A DNA stretch of 63,620 bases, counting the filler, from Pirum gemmata (lineage: Eukaryota), in NCBI GenBank assembly GCA_002812295.1. It is 20 parts of 20 records of this genome, joined end to end, with 100 filler letters (N's around TTAATTAATTAA, not from the genome) between each part and the next. Parts side by side here need not be neighbours in the genome. Positions count along the whole stretch, not along the records: positions 33,581 to 36,137 come from PDIN01005667.1; positions 36,238 to 38,786 come from PDIN01005668.1; positions 38,887 to 41,462 come from PDIN01005669.1; positions 41,563 to 44,106 come from PDIN01005670.1; positions 44,207 to 46,782 come from PDIN01005671.1; positions 46,883 to 49,440 come from PDIN01005672.1; 14 more parts are not named here. The stretch is one strand, 5' to 3'. How positions within the stretch are numbered: position 1 is the stretch's first letter; every line of letters starts with the position of its first letter. The notes under the pieces are model-generated. The model did not search any database. It was not told the DNA's origin and was given only the letters and a program-made list of their open reading frames with translations. Below are positions 35,898 to 49,500 of this stretch, piece by piece. The translations under genes and the position numbers were made by a program.

Positions 35898-37850
35898 CTA
35901 TTATTATAAACAAAAACACAGTTATAATTAGGGTTATGGGCTGGGGTTAGGGTTAGAGTTAGGTTTGGGGTTAGGGACAACAACAACATAATCAATAACA
36001 ACAAGTTTACCAACAGCCCCGTATGCTTCTTGACCAAACAAGAACAAAATACTCACTAAACCGATTAAGAATTTCATGACTACAATGCACTATTTCAAAT
36101 AAAAGGTACTTTTAAATTTATTAATAATAATAATAATNNNNNNNNNNNNNNNNNNNNNNNNNNNNNNNNNNNNNNNNNNNNTTAATTAATTAANNNNNNN
36201 NNNNNNNNNNNNNNNNNNNNNNNNNNNNNNNNNNNNNATTTTTTTTTTAAAAAAAATAATTTTTATCGACTACATAATTGGTAAATAACTCCTTTTTAGG
36301 TAAAACGCACCAATCCAGTTTGGATGAGCTAAGGTTTTTTTTAAAATAGGAAGGGTTAAAATAATAGTAGGATTAGAGTCAGACTAATTTTAAAAATAGG
36401 TTATTGCTTTTTTTTAATTTTATGATAAAGCTTATTATATATCGATACCATCTATTTCATTACAGTTGACCTCTTCAACCTTTATTTTAGTACTGTTTAA
36501 TTGTATAATTGAACTTGATTATAAAATACAATATTAAATATAAAATACTAAATTAATTAAAACATGTCTGATAGTTTCACCATAATAACAATTTGGTACG
36601 TTTATTTCAGTTTTAGAACTTGACAACACTATTATTACACTATTATTACACATCATAAAATGTGATTTTTAATACTTTCCAAATATGAGATTTATTTCCA
36701 AACTTTTTTGAGAATTATTACTATATTTGGAATCAATCAATAATAAATAATAATAAAGTCGTTACATCGTTACTTGAGGACCTTGAGTTGTCCACTGTTA
36801 ACAAACTAGCAAAAGAACAAAAAACAAACAAAAAACAAACAAAAACAAACAAACAAACAAAAAAATAACAAAAAAAAAAAGAATATTGTTGTTATTTATT
36901 TATCATTAAAAATATTACAAAATTAAAGAGATTTACAAAATCGATCGAGCACAAACACAGAATGCGCTTTCTTATTTAAAATTCTTAACACTAATTTAAT
37001 ACTAAGCTTACACGAAAAACAAACCCATGGCAAGCTTGTATAAACCTCCCTCCTTAGTTACATATAATATAGATCACAGCCATAGCTTATGTGCCCACAA
37101 AAATCGATTTACATTGATACAGACCTTTACAATCATCTTTTGATTACTAAATCTACAACTACACAAGTATGGTTATATAAATAAGACGACATAAACTGAC
37201 CTAAATTTTTACCTTCGCACACGAAATATTCAACCATATCCTTTCGATCCAACAACTACATAGCTTTAGTTTTCTATACGAAATTTCAGGTAGGACCCAA
37301 TATTGTTCTTCGCAAAAGGAATTATTATTTTCAAAAAAAAAAAAAAAAAAAAAAAAAACGAAACCGTTAGACAGTGTTAGACCCCACAAGCTAATGTTTT
37401 AAGAGAAGTTATTACATTACCCAAGTTTTCTTCAGATTTGCCGCCAAACCTTACTCCTATTTTCACACATACCGTCATTCTCAATTACTGAATCCTTTGT
37501 TGCAGGTTTTTTACTACCCAATATTACCCAATGGTGTTCTCCGAAAAGTGACTAATACCTAAAATATGTTGCGCAATTTCCCGTTAGATTTGCCAAATGT
37601 TAGCTCTCATTTTAACTCATACCACCAATCTCAATCACTGTTTCCCTTACTTCATTCAGGATTTCTACGGGCACTACCCAGTATTGTTTTTCAAAAAAGG
37701 ACTATTATTTAAAAAGCCATTATACGTTAAGAAAAGTTATTACGCTGCAAAAACTTCTCGTCGGATTGGCAGTTAACACAATACTCACTTTTGCACATAC
37801 CGCCGCTATTCTCAATCATCGCATCCTTTTTTGTAGGTTTTTTACAGACA

Positions 37851-38537
37851 TTACCCAATATTGTTCTTCGAAAAGGGACTTTTATTTAAAATTGCAGTTA
37901 AATCCCCCAAACTAGCGTTAAGAGAAGCTATTACGTTCCGCAAGTTCCCGTTGGATTTGCCGTCAAAAACGTAGCTCTCATTTCCACACACATCTTCATT
38001 TTCAACCACTGCATCCTTTATTTCAGGCATTTTACAGGTAGCATCAAATAAACACCGTAAAGTGTCTCTGTCTAAATGTATTAAAAAGACTCGCAGCAAG
38101 TAGACGTTATCTAACCGTCCACCAAGTGGATTAGGAAGGCTTAATTTTGGGGATAGTTTTTCAATAATCAATTTGTCCTTTTTCTCCAGCGATTTTAACA
38201 TGTTCGAAAAATTCTTATACACTTCACTTGCTGCACCGAAAATTGAAAGGAGATATTGTTTGGTTTCATAAATTATTTTGCTAGTGGGTTGACACAAAGT
38301 ATTATTTTCCCGCTCCAATATTCGTAGAATAACCTTACAAACCCGTTTACATTGTTTTGCGCACAAAAATTGCGCTTCATATGGTTCTATGAAGGGAAGT
38401 TTTTGTATTAGCTTACCAGCTAGAATTGTAGCTATGATTTTAGCGTATGGTTTTTGATGCTTTTTATGTAAAGGTGGGGTCAATCTACAATGGGCATTTC
38501 CATAAATGATAAGAGCTTGAACACAATCTAGATGGCC
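37851..38537 (-). CDS. Exon of an ankyrin-repeat-containing protein (apparently terminal)
   Basis: After a TTTTTACAG acceptor the frame reads GHLDCVQALIIYGNA (ankyrin GH..vV..Ll..GA), continuous with ORF 37851-38483. Confidence 0.6.
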   Translation of the reverse strand, partial: GHLDCVQALIIYGNAHCRLTPPLHKKHQKPYAKIIATILAGKLIQKLPFIEPYEAQFLCAKQCKRVCKVILRILERENNTLCQPTSKIIYETKQYLLSIFGAASEVYKNFSNMLKSLEKKDKLIIEKLSPKLSLPNPLGGRLDNVYLLRVFLIHLDRDTLRCLFDATCKMPEIKDAVVENEDVCGNESYVFDGKSNGNLRNVIASLNASLGDLTAILNKSPFSKNNIG

Positions 38538-38898
38538 CTGTAAAAATCATTATACTAAGTGTTAATGCTAGATGCACGCATATATATTTATATATAACCA
38601 TTCTTAGATTATTAATAATACTATTCTTCTTTTATTAAATTATAAAATGGTGATAAGATAATAAAACATAGACGAATAATGAAAGTGGGTAATATTATTA
38701 ATCTTACTGTAAAAGAAAATCACGTTTATACAAAAAGAAGCAAAAACAATAAATTTTCTTTGTTATTATTATTATTATTATTATTANNNNNNNNNNNNNN
38801 NNNNNNNNNNNNNNNNNNNNNNNNNNNNNNTTAATTAATTAANNNNNNNNNNNNNNNNNNNNNNNNNNNNNNNNNNNNNNNNNNNNACTATTTTTTTA

Positions 38899-38929
<31 letters not shown>

Positions 38930-38941
38930 AATTAAAAAAAA

Positions 38942-40582
38942 TTACAAAGTAGGACCAGCTTTAGAAACTTCTCCAGCTTTATCTTCATAATTTTTAAAGT
39001 TTTCTTGAAATAATTTAGCCAAATTTTTCATTGTACTATTAAATTCAACCTTATCAGCCCAGGTGTTAGCTGGGTTTAACACCTCTGTGGGTACACCAGT
39101 TACTGACGTTGGTATTTGAAGGTTAAACGTATCAAAGTTTTCATAAGTAGCATTAGCCAATTCTCCATTATGAATCGCATCTATAATTGCTCTACTCCAT
39201 TTTAATTTCATGCGGGAACCAACACCATATTTACCTCCACTCCAACCAGTATTAACTAAATAAGTATTAACTTTATGGTGTTCCATTTTTTCCGCCAACA
39301 TGGTTGCGTATTTCATTGGATGCCAAACCAAAAACGGTTGTCCAAAGCAAGCTGAAAACGTTGCCTCTGGCTCCGTTACCCCTTCTTCTGTACCAGCGAC
39401 TTTAGCCGTGTAACCAGAGATAAAATGATACATAGTTTGGTTACTGTCTAGTTTACTTACTGGAGGTAAAACTCCGAACGCATCACAAGTCAACAATACT
39501 ATATTTTTAGGATGACCGCCAATGCATGGGATTAAGGCGTTTGGAATATTCTCTATAGGATAAGCACATCTTGTGTTTTGGGTTATACTGGTATCATTAT
39601 AATTCACCTTTCTATTTGAATGATCAAAAACGACATTTTCTACCACAGCTCCAAATTGTATTGCATTGAAAATTTCAGGTTCACTTTCTTTGGATAAGCC
39701 AATGGCTTTAGCATAACAACCACCTTCAATATTGAAAACTCCATCATCACTCCAACAATGCTCATCATCACCGATTAAATCTCTATTCAAATCCGCGGAC
39801 AATGTAGTCTTGCCGGTACCAGACAAACCAAAAAACAAAGTTACATCATTAACGTCTTGCTTACTCGCATTAGCAGACGAATGTAACGATAAAACACCTG
39901 CTTTAGGCATAAGGTAATGCATAATAGTAAATACCCCTTTTTTCATTTCCCCTGCGTAACCAGTACCCAAAATAATAAACTCTTTCTTTTCAAAAGAAAT
40001 AGCCACTGAGGTATCCGAAGTCATTCCTTTGGTATATTTATTAGCAGGAAACTGACCGGCATTATAAATAATATAATCAGGTTCCCCATAATTCAACAAT
40101 TCTTCGTCTGTAGGACGAATTAACATATTTTTCATAAACAAAGCGTGATAGGCTCTAGCACAGATAACCCGAACTTTGATTCTGTACTTTGGATCCCAAC
40201 CAGCAAATCCATCGAAAACATACAACCTTTCTCTAGTATTCAAATAATCAACCGCTCTTGATCTATTAATGTTGAAGGTTTCTGGTTCCATTTTTATATT
40301 AACAGGACCCCACCACACATCAGCTGCACTTTCTCCTTCACAAACAATACGTTTATCGCTGGGACTACGTCCACATTTTTTACCAGAACGAGTGGCCAAT
40401 GCCCCAGAACTTAAAATATTAGTACCTGGTTCGTATTTTAAAGCGTGTTCGTAAAGTACAGCAGTCGAAGCGTTTCGTATTACATTTTTGATATGAATGT
40501 CTTTGTCTTCTAAATTTATTTCAGAAAATTCTTGGGAACCTCTATGAGACCATGTTCCTAAAGGTAAATCAACTAAAGGCAT
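38942..40582 (-). CDS. PCK1: Phosphoenolpyruvate carboxykinase (ATP), intronless, 546 aa
   Basis: [22 protein letters not shown], kinase-1a [49 protein letters not shown]. Confidence 0.98.
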   Translation of the reverse strand: MPLVDLPLGTWSHRGSQEFSEINLEDKDIHIKNVIRNASTAVLYEHALKYEPGTNILSSGALATRSGKKCGRSPSDKRIVCEGESAADVWWGPVNIKMEPETFNINRSRAVDYLNTRERLYVFDGFAGWDPKYRIKVRVICARAYHALFMKNMLIRPTDEELLNYGEPDYIIYNAGQFPANKYTKGMTSDTSVAISFEKKEFIILGTGYAGEMKKGVFTIMHYLMPKAGVLSLHSSANASKQDVNDVTLFFGLSGTGKTTLSADLNRDLIGDDEHCWSDDGVFNIEGGCYAKAIGLSKESEPEIFNAIQFGAVVENVVFDHSNRKVNYNDTSITQNTRCAYPIENIPNALIPCIGGHPKNIVLLTCDAFGVLPPVSKLDSNQTMYHFISGYTAKVAGTEEGVTEPEATFSACFGQPFLVWHPMKYATMLAEKMEHHKVNTYLVNTGWSGGKYGVGSRMKLKWSRAIIDAIHNGELANATYENFDTFNLQIPTSVTGVPTEVLNPANTWADKVEFNSTMKNLAKLFQENFKNYEDKAGEVSKAGPTL

Positions 40583-41081
40583 GTTTTATAATGTTGTTAT
40601 TACTAGATATAATTGTATTGTTATTTTTTTTTTAAATATATTTATTTATAATATATAATATTTTTTCATTTGTTTGTAAAAAATATTTATATAATATAAA
40701 ATATGTAATACTTTTTCGTTTGTTTGTTTATTATTAATTGTTGTTGTTGCTGTTATTATTATGTATTTTTATCTGGGATAGTCTATATTATTATTATTTT
40801 CACTAGCTATTTGGGAAAAATTTACTCTTTTTATATCAATATACAATAATAAAAATAATCATAAAAAAAAAAAATTATTATTATTATTAGAAATATATTT
40901 GAGTGAGGCAAGATTTTGCCTACCCTCTTGCTTTTGAGTTATTGAGTATATTTTCGAGCGCGCTAAAATGCGCGATAAATTTATATTGCGCTTAACTTTA
41001 AAATAATTAAATATACACTATTTTTTAACCCCCGAAAAAAACTCGCTCGATAAAAGAAAACTTGTCGGTAAATTGATTGAA

Positions 41082-41122
<41 letters not shown>

Positions 41123-41185
41123 TTTTTTTTTTTTTTTTGTTAGTTTTTTTTTTTTTTGGGGAAGTTTTTTTTTGGCAAGTTCTGA

Positions 41186-41385
41186 GGGAAAATCATCGAA
41201 TCGAGACTAGTTTGAAATTTTCGAAACTTTTCGATCTAATTTTAAGAGCTTTTTTAAGTGTTGACTCACTAGAAATTTTATAGAAAAAACTTGAAACTCG
41301 AAAAAAAAAGTATATCATTTCAAAATGTTACTATTTAATAATTATGATCGAGCTGTTTGATTCGATTATGTTTCCCGTATCTCCC
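41186..41385. mobile_element. MITE family D copy, left end eroded
   Basis: GGGAAAATCATCGAATCGAGACTAG...TTCGATTATGTTTCCCGTATCTCCC. Confidence 0.75.
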
Positions 41386-41672
41386 GAGGGCTTTTTTTGT
41401 TTTTGTTTTTGTTTTTTTTTTTGTTTTTTTTTTTGCAAATTAGCACTAAATTAGCTCTAATTNNNNNNNNNNNNNNNNNNNNNNNNNNNNNNNNNNNNNN
41501 NNNNNNTTAATTAATTAANNNNNNNNNNNNNNNNNNNNNNNNNNNNNNNNNNNNNNNNNNNNCTACTACTACTACTACTACTACTACTACTAATACTTCT
41601 ATTCCTACTACTACTACTATACTAACTGTACTATAATGACTACTACTTCCACTAAATATGACATACTACAAC

Positions 41673-42546
41673 CTTAGCCCAGTAGCAAAATAAACAATAG
41701 TGACGAAAACGATGGGCATGATATAAATATAAGGCAACTCGCTAACGCTTTTTGCAGTAAAATAAGATGACAATCGATAAGAACCTAAATAAATGATAAA
41801 AAGAAAAAGTAAAAAAAGTAAATATATATATATTCATATTATTTATGAAAGGTTTAAGGTCAATAATGTTTGGTTTATTATTGAAATTTACTGTTTTTAT
41901 CGGGTGCCACACTAAAACTAAAGTTGGTGAATGATAAAAAAATTGTTTTTCTTGAAGCAAAGTTTGAAAAAAAAAAGAACGAAAAGATTATTTTTTCATG
42001 TTGATGCATATATTTTATTGTATTGAATTATATTGTATATTGATGTATTATATTATTTTGAATTATATTTTATATTATATTATATGTATTGCATTGTATA
42101 ATATGTATAATATTTTGTATATTTTGTATAGTATATATTGTATTGTATTGTATATTATGGTATATTATGATATGTCATGCTTATGTATATATTGTTTTGT
42201 ATTGTATATTATTATACATTGTATATTACATTGTATTGTATAATATTTATATTATTTGGTATAGTATATATTGTATTGTATTGTATATTACTGTATATTA
42301 TTATATATTATTTTATATAGCATGTATTGTATTGTATTGTATTGTATTGTATTCTATAATATGTTACATTTTTATATTGTATTGTATTGTATTGTTTTTT
42401 CATGTATATAATGTTACCACTACTCCTTTCTTTTAGAATGACTCTTCGCTCTGTAGTGAATATCGTAAGTGCCTGTGTCATCGGATTAAAAGCCCAGTAA
42501 ACAAACAAGAAAAAAATTAAACCCTGGCGATCTCTAACAGAGGTTT
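41673..42546 (-). CDS. ABCG (White-like) transporter, two ABC-2 membrane-domain exons (42546-42418, 41784-41673)
   Basis: Spliced: TSVRDRQGLIFFLFVYWAFNPMTQALTIFTTERRVILKERSS/GSYRLSSYFTAKSVSELPYIYIMPIVFVTIVYFATGLR, with the canonical ABCG ER...KER.SG.Y....YF.AK...ELP motif. Confidence 0.9.
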
Positions 42547-44100
42547 CTTTTTTGAAACAGGAATAATATTTTTTATAATAACAAGAAAAAGTGATGGCTA
42601 AATTGTATGAATACGTCACTGTTGTTTATGCATGATTGTTATTAATAATTAACATTAATAAAAATTAACCCCTGGCGATCTCTAACATAGGTTTCTTTTT
42701 TAAAACAGGAATGATAATAATTCTTATTATAATAAGAAAAAGTAATGACTAAAAAAAGTGTATGAATAGATCATTATTTTTAATACGTGATGGTTATTAA
42801 TAAATAACATTCCTACAATTAGAAGCTTCTTTTTTTTTTAACAGTAAAACAATAATGATGTTAATAAAAATTAACCCCTGGCGATCTCTAAAAAAAGCAT
42901 CAATATGATTAGAAGCTTCTTTTTCCAACTGTAAAACAATCATGATATTTATAAAACTTAACCCCTGGAGATCTCTAACAGAGATTTCTTTTTTGAAACA
43001 GGAATAATAATTATAATAATTATAAAAACAAAAAGTAATAACTAAAAAATTGTATGAATACGTCATTATGGTTAATGTCTGATTGTAAAAATATGATGAA
43101 TATATATATAAATATATATTAACTTCATTATTGTTAATGCATGAATGTTATTAATAAATAACATTTATGTTTTTTTAACTGTAAAATAATAATAAGAAAA
43201 AGTAATGACTAAAAACATTTTATGAATACCTCATTATTAATAATGCATGATTCTTATTAATAAATAATATTAATGCAGTTAGAAGCTTCTTTTTTTTTTA
43301 CCGATAAAACAATAATGATATTAATAAAAAATTAACCCCTGGTGATCCCTAACGAGGTTTCTTTTTTGAAACAGGAATAACAATACTTTTTATAATAATA
43401 AGAAAAAGACTACAAAGATTGTATGAATGCGTCATTATTGTTAATGCAAGATTCTTATTAATAAATAATATTAATACAGTTAGAAGCTCCTTTTTTTTTA
43501 AGAAAAAGCAATGTTTAAAACAATTGTAAGAAAAATAATGACTAAAAAGATAGTATGAATACATCATTATTGTTAATGGATGATTGTTTTCAATAAATCA
43601 TATTAATACAATTAGAAGTTTCTTTTTTTTTTAACTGTAACACAGTAATGATATTAATAAAAAATTAACCCCTGACAATTTCCAACAGAGGTTTCTTTTT
43701 CGAAACAGGAATAAAAATAAGTATTATATTATTAAGAAAAGTAATTAGTAAAAAAATTGAATTAACATTTCATTATTGTTAAAGCATTATTGTTATTAAT
43801 AAATGATATTATTACGATTAGAAGCTTCTTTTTTTTAACTGTAAAACAATAATGTAAAAAATTAACTCCTGGTAATCTCTAACAATAATAAGAAAAAGTA
43901 ATAATGATATTAATAAAAATTAACCACTGGCAATCTCTAAAAGAGGTTTCTTTTTTGATTCAGGAATAATAATAATTATAATAATAATAAGAAAAACTAA
44001 TGACTAAAAAAATTGTATGAATACGTCATTATTATTAATGTATGATTGTAATTAATAAATAATAATAATAATATGATTAGATTTTTTTTTTTTTTTTGAA
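42510..44100 (-). repeat. Degenerate tandem array (~150-330 bp units) built from the ABCG intron 3' end plus exon head
   Basis: TTAACCCCTGGCGATCTCTAACAGAGGTTTCTTTTTTGAAACAGGAA-like blocks at ~42517, 42664, 42870, 42958, 43331, 43665, 43861 and 43920. Confidence 0.85.
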
Positions 44101-44942
44101 ATACTANNNNNNNNNNNNNNNNNNNNNNNNNNNNNNNNNNNNNNNNNNNNTTAATTAATTAANNNNNNNNNNNNNNNNNNNNNNNNNNNNNNNNNNNNNN
44201 NNNNNNACTGTAATTTTTCAAAAAATTTGAAATTTGGCACTAATTAAAAGATATGGAATCAGGTAGAATTCCCCCACCATATGATAAATAGTCTAAATAG
44301 TCTAAATAATAAACTAAAATAATTATTTATGAAAGGGTAAGATGTCGTCATTTTTTAAATGCAAGGCAAGCCAGAAGAGAGAAGTAATAATTGCGTCATA
44401 CTATTTGTAATTTTTTTAAAAATCGATAGTAGTTCTGGCAGAATAATATTATCGATAACTTATCGATATCATATCTGATATGATAATATTATTATCATAG
44501 ATCATTTTGAGATTTTTTGGATTTTTGAGCTCATATGGCGGATATATTAAGCTATATATTATCGGATATCGCCATTTTATCCAAAAAAAAAATACAGCCC
44601 TAATTTCTAGCTCGACATATTTAACAGTTTTTTAAAAAGTTATTGTCGATAGTCTATTGTATTTGTTGCTGTTGTTATCGTTACTATTGTTATTGGTATG
44701 GTTATAATGAGAACTTTCTTCTTCAATTTGATCAGACAAGTAATATTAATATGACAGCGTATATTTTATATGGTAATAACCAACCAATACTTAAATAATA
44801 AACATTTCACTTTGAATTTTAGAATAGTGAGTGTATGGTTCGTATTGATTATAATACTGATATAACTTTTTTATTATTTTTTTTTTGTTTTGTTTTATTG
44901 ACTGATTTGGTTTTATATATAAATGTACTCCATCCCACAATG

Positions 44943-46532
44943 CTACCATGGTCGCCATACAAAATCATCACTTACTGCTGTATTAATCGGCTTGCTGTTG
45001 ATAATTATATTATTACTAGTGTTATTATTTGCCATACCCATGCTATTTGCGTAACCAAAACGTTGGGTATTGTTGTTGTTGTTGTTAATATTGTAATTTT
45101 CACATTCGCTCTTATCACTGTCATCATAGTCATCATGATACCCATATACATGGTTATTATTATTATTATTATTATTACTAATGTTATTGCTATTGTTATT
45201 GTTATAAATATTGTTATAATCATTACTGTGTGTTGTATTAGTATTGTTATTATAATTATAGTGCGTCGACGTTGGAGTAACTGGAGCTGGAGAGTCAATA
45301 CGAATATTGTTTAAATTAAAACTTATGCTATTAATTTCTGCATCACTTACACTTTGTTTTCTAGTTGTGTTCGGATTGCAACTAACTATAACGTTACCAT
45401 CTTTACTAAACTTTCGGATATGACCTACTGCACCAGAGGACCCTCTCGCGCTACGCCGGGAATTAAACGAGCGACCACCGCTAGAGTGAAATGAACTTTT
45501 TTGTTCTCCGCCGTTAAGTTGGTGTTGCCCACTCCAACTTGATCTTCTGCTTTTCGGTTTTCTGTTACTAACTCCATAACCTCCATCATCACTAACACTT
45601 CCAGAATTGTAGCTCTGGTCTTCAGTGGTAAAGTCCGCGGTGTTATAGTACTCATTTCCAGAACCGCTTTCTCTCCGTCTATGAATCATATTGATATTTC
45701 CACTACTGTTACTATGTACTATACTACGGGGTGGTGCTATATTGGAGTCCGTGGATAATGAAGTGTTTGTGCTTCTGGACCTTCTACGGTTGCGTTGTTG
45801 TTTTTGTAATGTTTGTAATCCCTCATTTAATCCGGGTGTGGATTCAAAAGAAGATGGTAAGGTGGTAGATAACTTTTCTAAAGAAGTCAAGGAATGAGAA
45901 GAAACGGATCGCTGGTGTCGTTGCGGTTGTGGTGGTGAATTTTTTTCAAAAGGTTGTTGATGGTAATGGTGGTGTTGTGGTTGGTGGTGGTAGTCAACAT
46001 TATTGTTATTGTTGTAAGTGTAATCATTAGAATTATCTAATAGTTCAACGTTAACACTATTATCAAAGTTGACTTTACTATTACTTTCGACATCATTACC
46101 AAAGTTAACTTTGGGAGAAGCTGGTGTTGGGGTGGGTAATTGTGGTGCACTATCAGATGTTATTAAAGAAAAAGAATTAGACTTTACTCTGTTAGTGGTT
46201 ATTTCTTTTAACTTCTTCATTGAAGATCTTTTTTTCTGGCTTCCCTCACGATTTTGGAAAGGAGAAGCAGGTGAACTGGGACAACTCTGTGGAACAGCAT
46301 TAACATTGGGGTCTTTGTAAGAATTGTTGGTGGTAAATTTGAATCCTGAAGAGGAAATAATATACGGCTCAACTAGATCCCTCATATCTATATTGTAATC
46401 GAAATTTTTTTCATTCCCATATTTTTCAAGTTTTCTTAAATGTTTCATCCACACGTGCCTTTGTATATTATGTTTTTTACTAGGCTGGGATACACAGCCC
46501 GGGTAACAACATTGAAATAATGAACGACCCAT
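44943..46532 (-). CDS. Intronless 529-aa protein with one N-terminal C2H2-type zinc finger and a long S/N/Q/H-rich disordered region (putative transcription factor)
   Basis: FQCCYPGCVSQPSKKHNIQRHVWMKH fits C-x4-C-x12-H-x4-H; long ORF with ATG and stop. Confidence 0.75.
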   Translation of the reverse strand: MGRSLFQCCYPGCVSQPSKKHNIQRHVWMKHLRKLEKYGNEKNFDYNIDMRDLVEPYIISSSGFKFTTNNSYKDPNVNAVPQSCPSSPASPFQNREGSQKKRSSMKKLKEITTNRVKSNSFSLITSDSAPQLPTPTPASPKVNFGNDVESNSKVNFDNSVNVELLDNSNDYTYNNNNNVDYHHQPQHHHYHQQPFEKNSPPQPQRHQRSVSSHSLTSLEKLSTTLPSSFESTPGLNEGLQTLQKQQRNRRRSRSTNTSLSTDSNIAPPRSIVHSNSSGNINMIHRRRESGSGNEYYNTADFTTEDQSYNSGSVSDDGGYGVSNRKPKSRRSSWSGQHQLNGGEQKSSFHSSGGRSFNSRRSARGSSGAVGHIRKFSKDGNVIVSCNPNTTRKQSVSDAEINSISFNLNNIRIDSPAPVTPTSTHYNYNNNTNTTHSNDYNNIYNNNNSNNISNNNNNNNNHVYGYHDDYDDSDKSECENYNINNNNNNTQRFGYANSMGMANNNTSNNIIINSKPINTAVSDDFVWRPW

Positions 46533-49500
46533 GTTCTTAATGTTATTATTATAAAATAACTATGATGTTAATTAATTGCTTATTCCTAGTTTTCGTGTTA
46601 TACGTATACAATACATACAACAATTACACTTGGTTGGGATTATTATATATAATTATATAAAATAGAGAAAAAAACAAAAAATAAAAAATAAAGATATATA
46701 TACTATTTCAATATAACAACAATAACAATAATAATAATTAATAAATAAATTAATAAATTAATTAATAAATAAATAAATAAATNNNNNNNNNNNNNNNNNN
46801 NNNNNNNNNNNNNNNNNNNNNNNNNNTTAATTAATTAANNNNNNNNNNNNNNNNNNNNNNNNNNNNNNNNNNNNNNNNNNNNTTTTTTTTTTTTTTTTTT
46901 CAAGGTAAAATTGTCTGTTACAGGAGTGTTACAGGTTACATCCGCCATATAATGCTATAATGCCCATATTAGAATTAGATGCTCAAAAATCCAAAAAATG
47001 TTAAAATCCTCCAATTACCTAGCTCCAATTACTATCAAATTCAGAAATCGTCTAATCTCATGATTGAGAAAATTTGAGACCTCATAATATTATGACCTCA
47101 TGTTGTAGGTCTAACTACTAACAGTCTACTAACTAAGAAAACTCTTATTATGAACCAATGGCCAGTTTTTAACAATAATTTGGCTAGTTTTAGAAAAGAA
47201 GTCTGTCATAAAACAAATGATTTCTGAATGATTTCGGCAGTTTTTAGTTCCAACTAAATACAAATATACATAATAATTAGTAACTTATTACGCCATTATT
47301 TCATATCATATTATGTAATATTCATTATAATGATGGCAATATGACATAATATATTTATTCTATATAATTATATACTATTATATATGAACTATAATTTTGG
47401 TAATTTTACTCATAATATACTACTTCATATACTACTATTCTTTTTTCAATCAATCTTATCATGACTCTGTATTCTCAAAAATGAGCACCTTCCCTCCAAC
47501 TACCCCCTCCTTATCATACCACATAGTATTATTTTTTAAAAGATTTGAAAATTTAATTATATTTATCAAAATAATTATAGCTATAGCAACCTACATTTTA
47601 AATTATGAAAACTAAATAATTTAAACGGTGGTCAACAGGTATGTATAGCTTGTAGGGTCAGGAGTTGTTTATGTTAGAGTTAGAGTTAGTTATAGGGTTA
47701 GGGTTAGGGTTAGGCTAGATTAAGAGTGGTAGGGAGTGGATTTGGGTTCTCGAAATTCTACAGAAGTATTGGTACGATAGGAGCACTCAAACATTATTGT
47801 AAGTGTATGATACTGTTATAATAATGTATTGGAATCCGTATTTTAAATTAATTGATTTTAATTAATTATAAATCATCTTTGTTTTTGTGAAAAAAACAAA
47901 ATATGATTTTTGGATCGAAGAGTAGAATAATAATGGTAATAAATAACAACACCAACAGCAACAAATTTCATCATCAACATCATCAATACGAATTTATTCC
48001 ATATAAAAGATGGCATCCATATACAGTGCCCGATTATAAAGTTCAACCGGAACATTACGTCGTCAATTCAGTATTACTATTATATTATTATTATTATCTA
48101 TGTAATATGATAGATAATAATGATAATTAATAATAAATATTAATAATAATTAATAATAATAATAATATAGTGATAATTATGAATTATTATTTTAAAATTA
48201 TTATTTTATTATTATTGTATATTATTACTACGAATCTGATCGTATTTTATCGTATTTTATCGTATTATTATCGACGTGATCATTATTATTAAACTAGTAC
48301 TCTACTCTACAAAATTTCCACCAGAAGTCAAAGAATGGCTAACCTACATCAAAAAAATATTACGACAACTCCAACAATATCCACAACAACGACTACAACG
48401 CTATAATACTAAGAACAAAGTTTAAACCCCAATACTTCTAAAATAAAAGAACAATATCATTGCTTATCACAGACTATATACACCAAGTGACAGTTATTTT
48501 GTCGTCATAAAATATACAATAAAGAGTACCAAATTGATACAATATAAATCCATTTCATTGAAAAGCACTATAACTTAGTCTATATGATACCAAAGTATTA
48601 TGAAACAAATCAACAAATTGCAACTTTTTAAAAATTTTTTTTTTAAAAAGCGGAACTTTTTTTTAGCCGGATAAAACTGTAGAAATCATTTTTTTTTTAG
48701 ACTTCTTTTCAAAAAACTTAATTCTAACTAGCCAAATTATTTTTAAAAACTAGCCATTGGTTCATAATAGAGTTTTCTTAGTTAGACAGTTTCTTAAATT
48801 TAGGTAGTACTTTTATTAAAACTGGTTTATTTAGTGTTTTTTTTTTTGATTTTTTATGGCGATTTTTTTTTTTTTTTTTTTTTATTTTTGATGGCGATTT
48901 TTTTTTTTTTATCATAGTCTATAGTCTAGACTAGACTATATTATCATATATGATAATAATTATATCATAATAGTAAAAAAAGCTAGCTAGCTACTAGTTA
49001 TGTTTTAGTCTATGAATGATATGTATATGTAGAACTATATGTATCATAGATAAACCTGGGAGAGGTCTACTAGCCTAGCACTAGCTAGTAGCTACTCTAG
49101 CTAGTTATGTAGTATACTAACGGAGTATCCGAGTAGGGTCTATCCTGTAGAGTATCGATAGTTGTAGAGTAGTCTGTAGAGGCACTGACTGGTACAAGCT
49201 GACTGGTAGGCCTCAATAAATAATAATAGGCCCTGTTTTTTGTTTTTTGTTTTCTTTTTTGTCTTCCTCTAGCTAGCTACCTGCTACTAGCTAGCTAGCT
49301 AGCCAGCCAACTAGAGAGCTATCTCTACTACTACTATCCTAGTACTACTATCATAGCTAGCTAGCTAGCTAGTAGCTAGTAGTAGCTATCGATATATCAT
49401 CGATATCAGGTAGAGGGTAGGTGGACTATCGTGTTTTTCANNNNNNNNNNNNNNNNNNNNNNNNNNNNNNNNNNNNNNNNNNNNTTAATTAATTAANNNN

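Noticed and set aside
42510..44100. Repeat-spacer-like periodicity suggesting CRISPR
   Set aside because: The 'spacers' are homologous to one another, unit lengths vary, and the repeat derives from an ABCG intron-exon junction; no cas genes are present.
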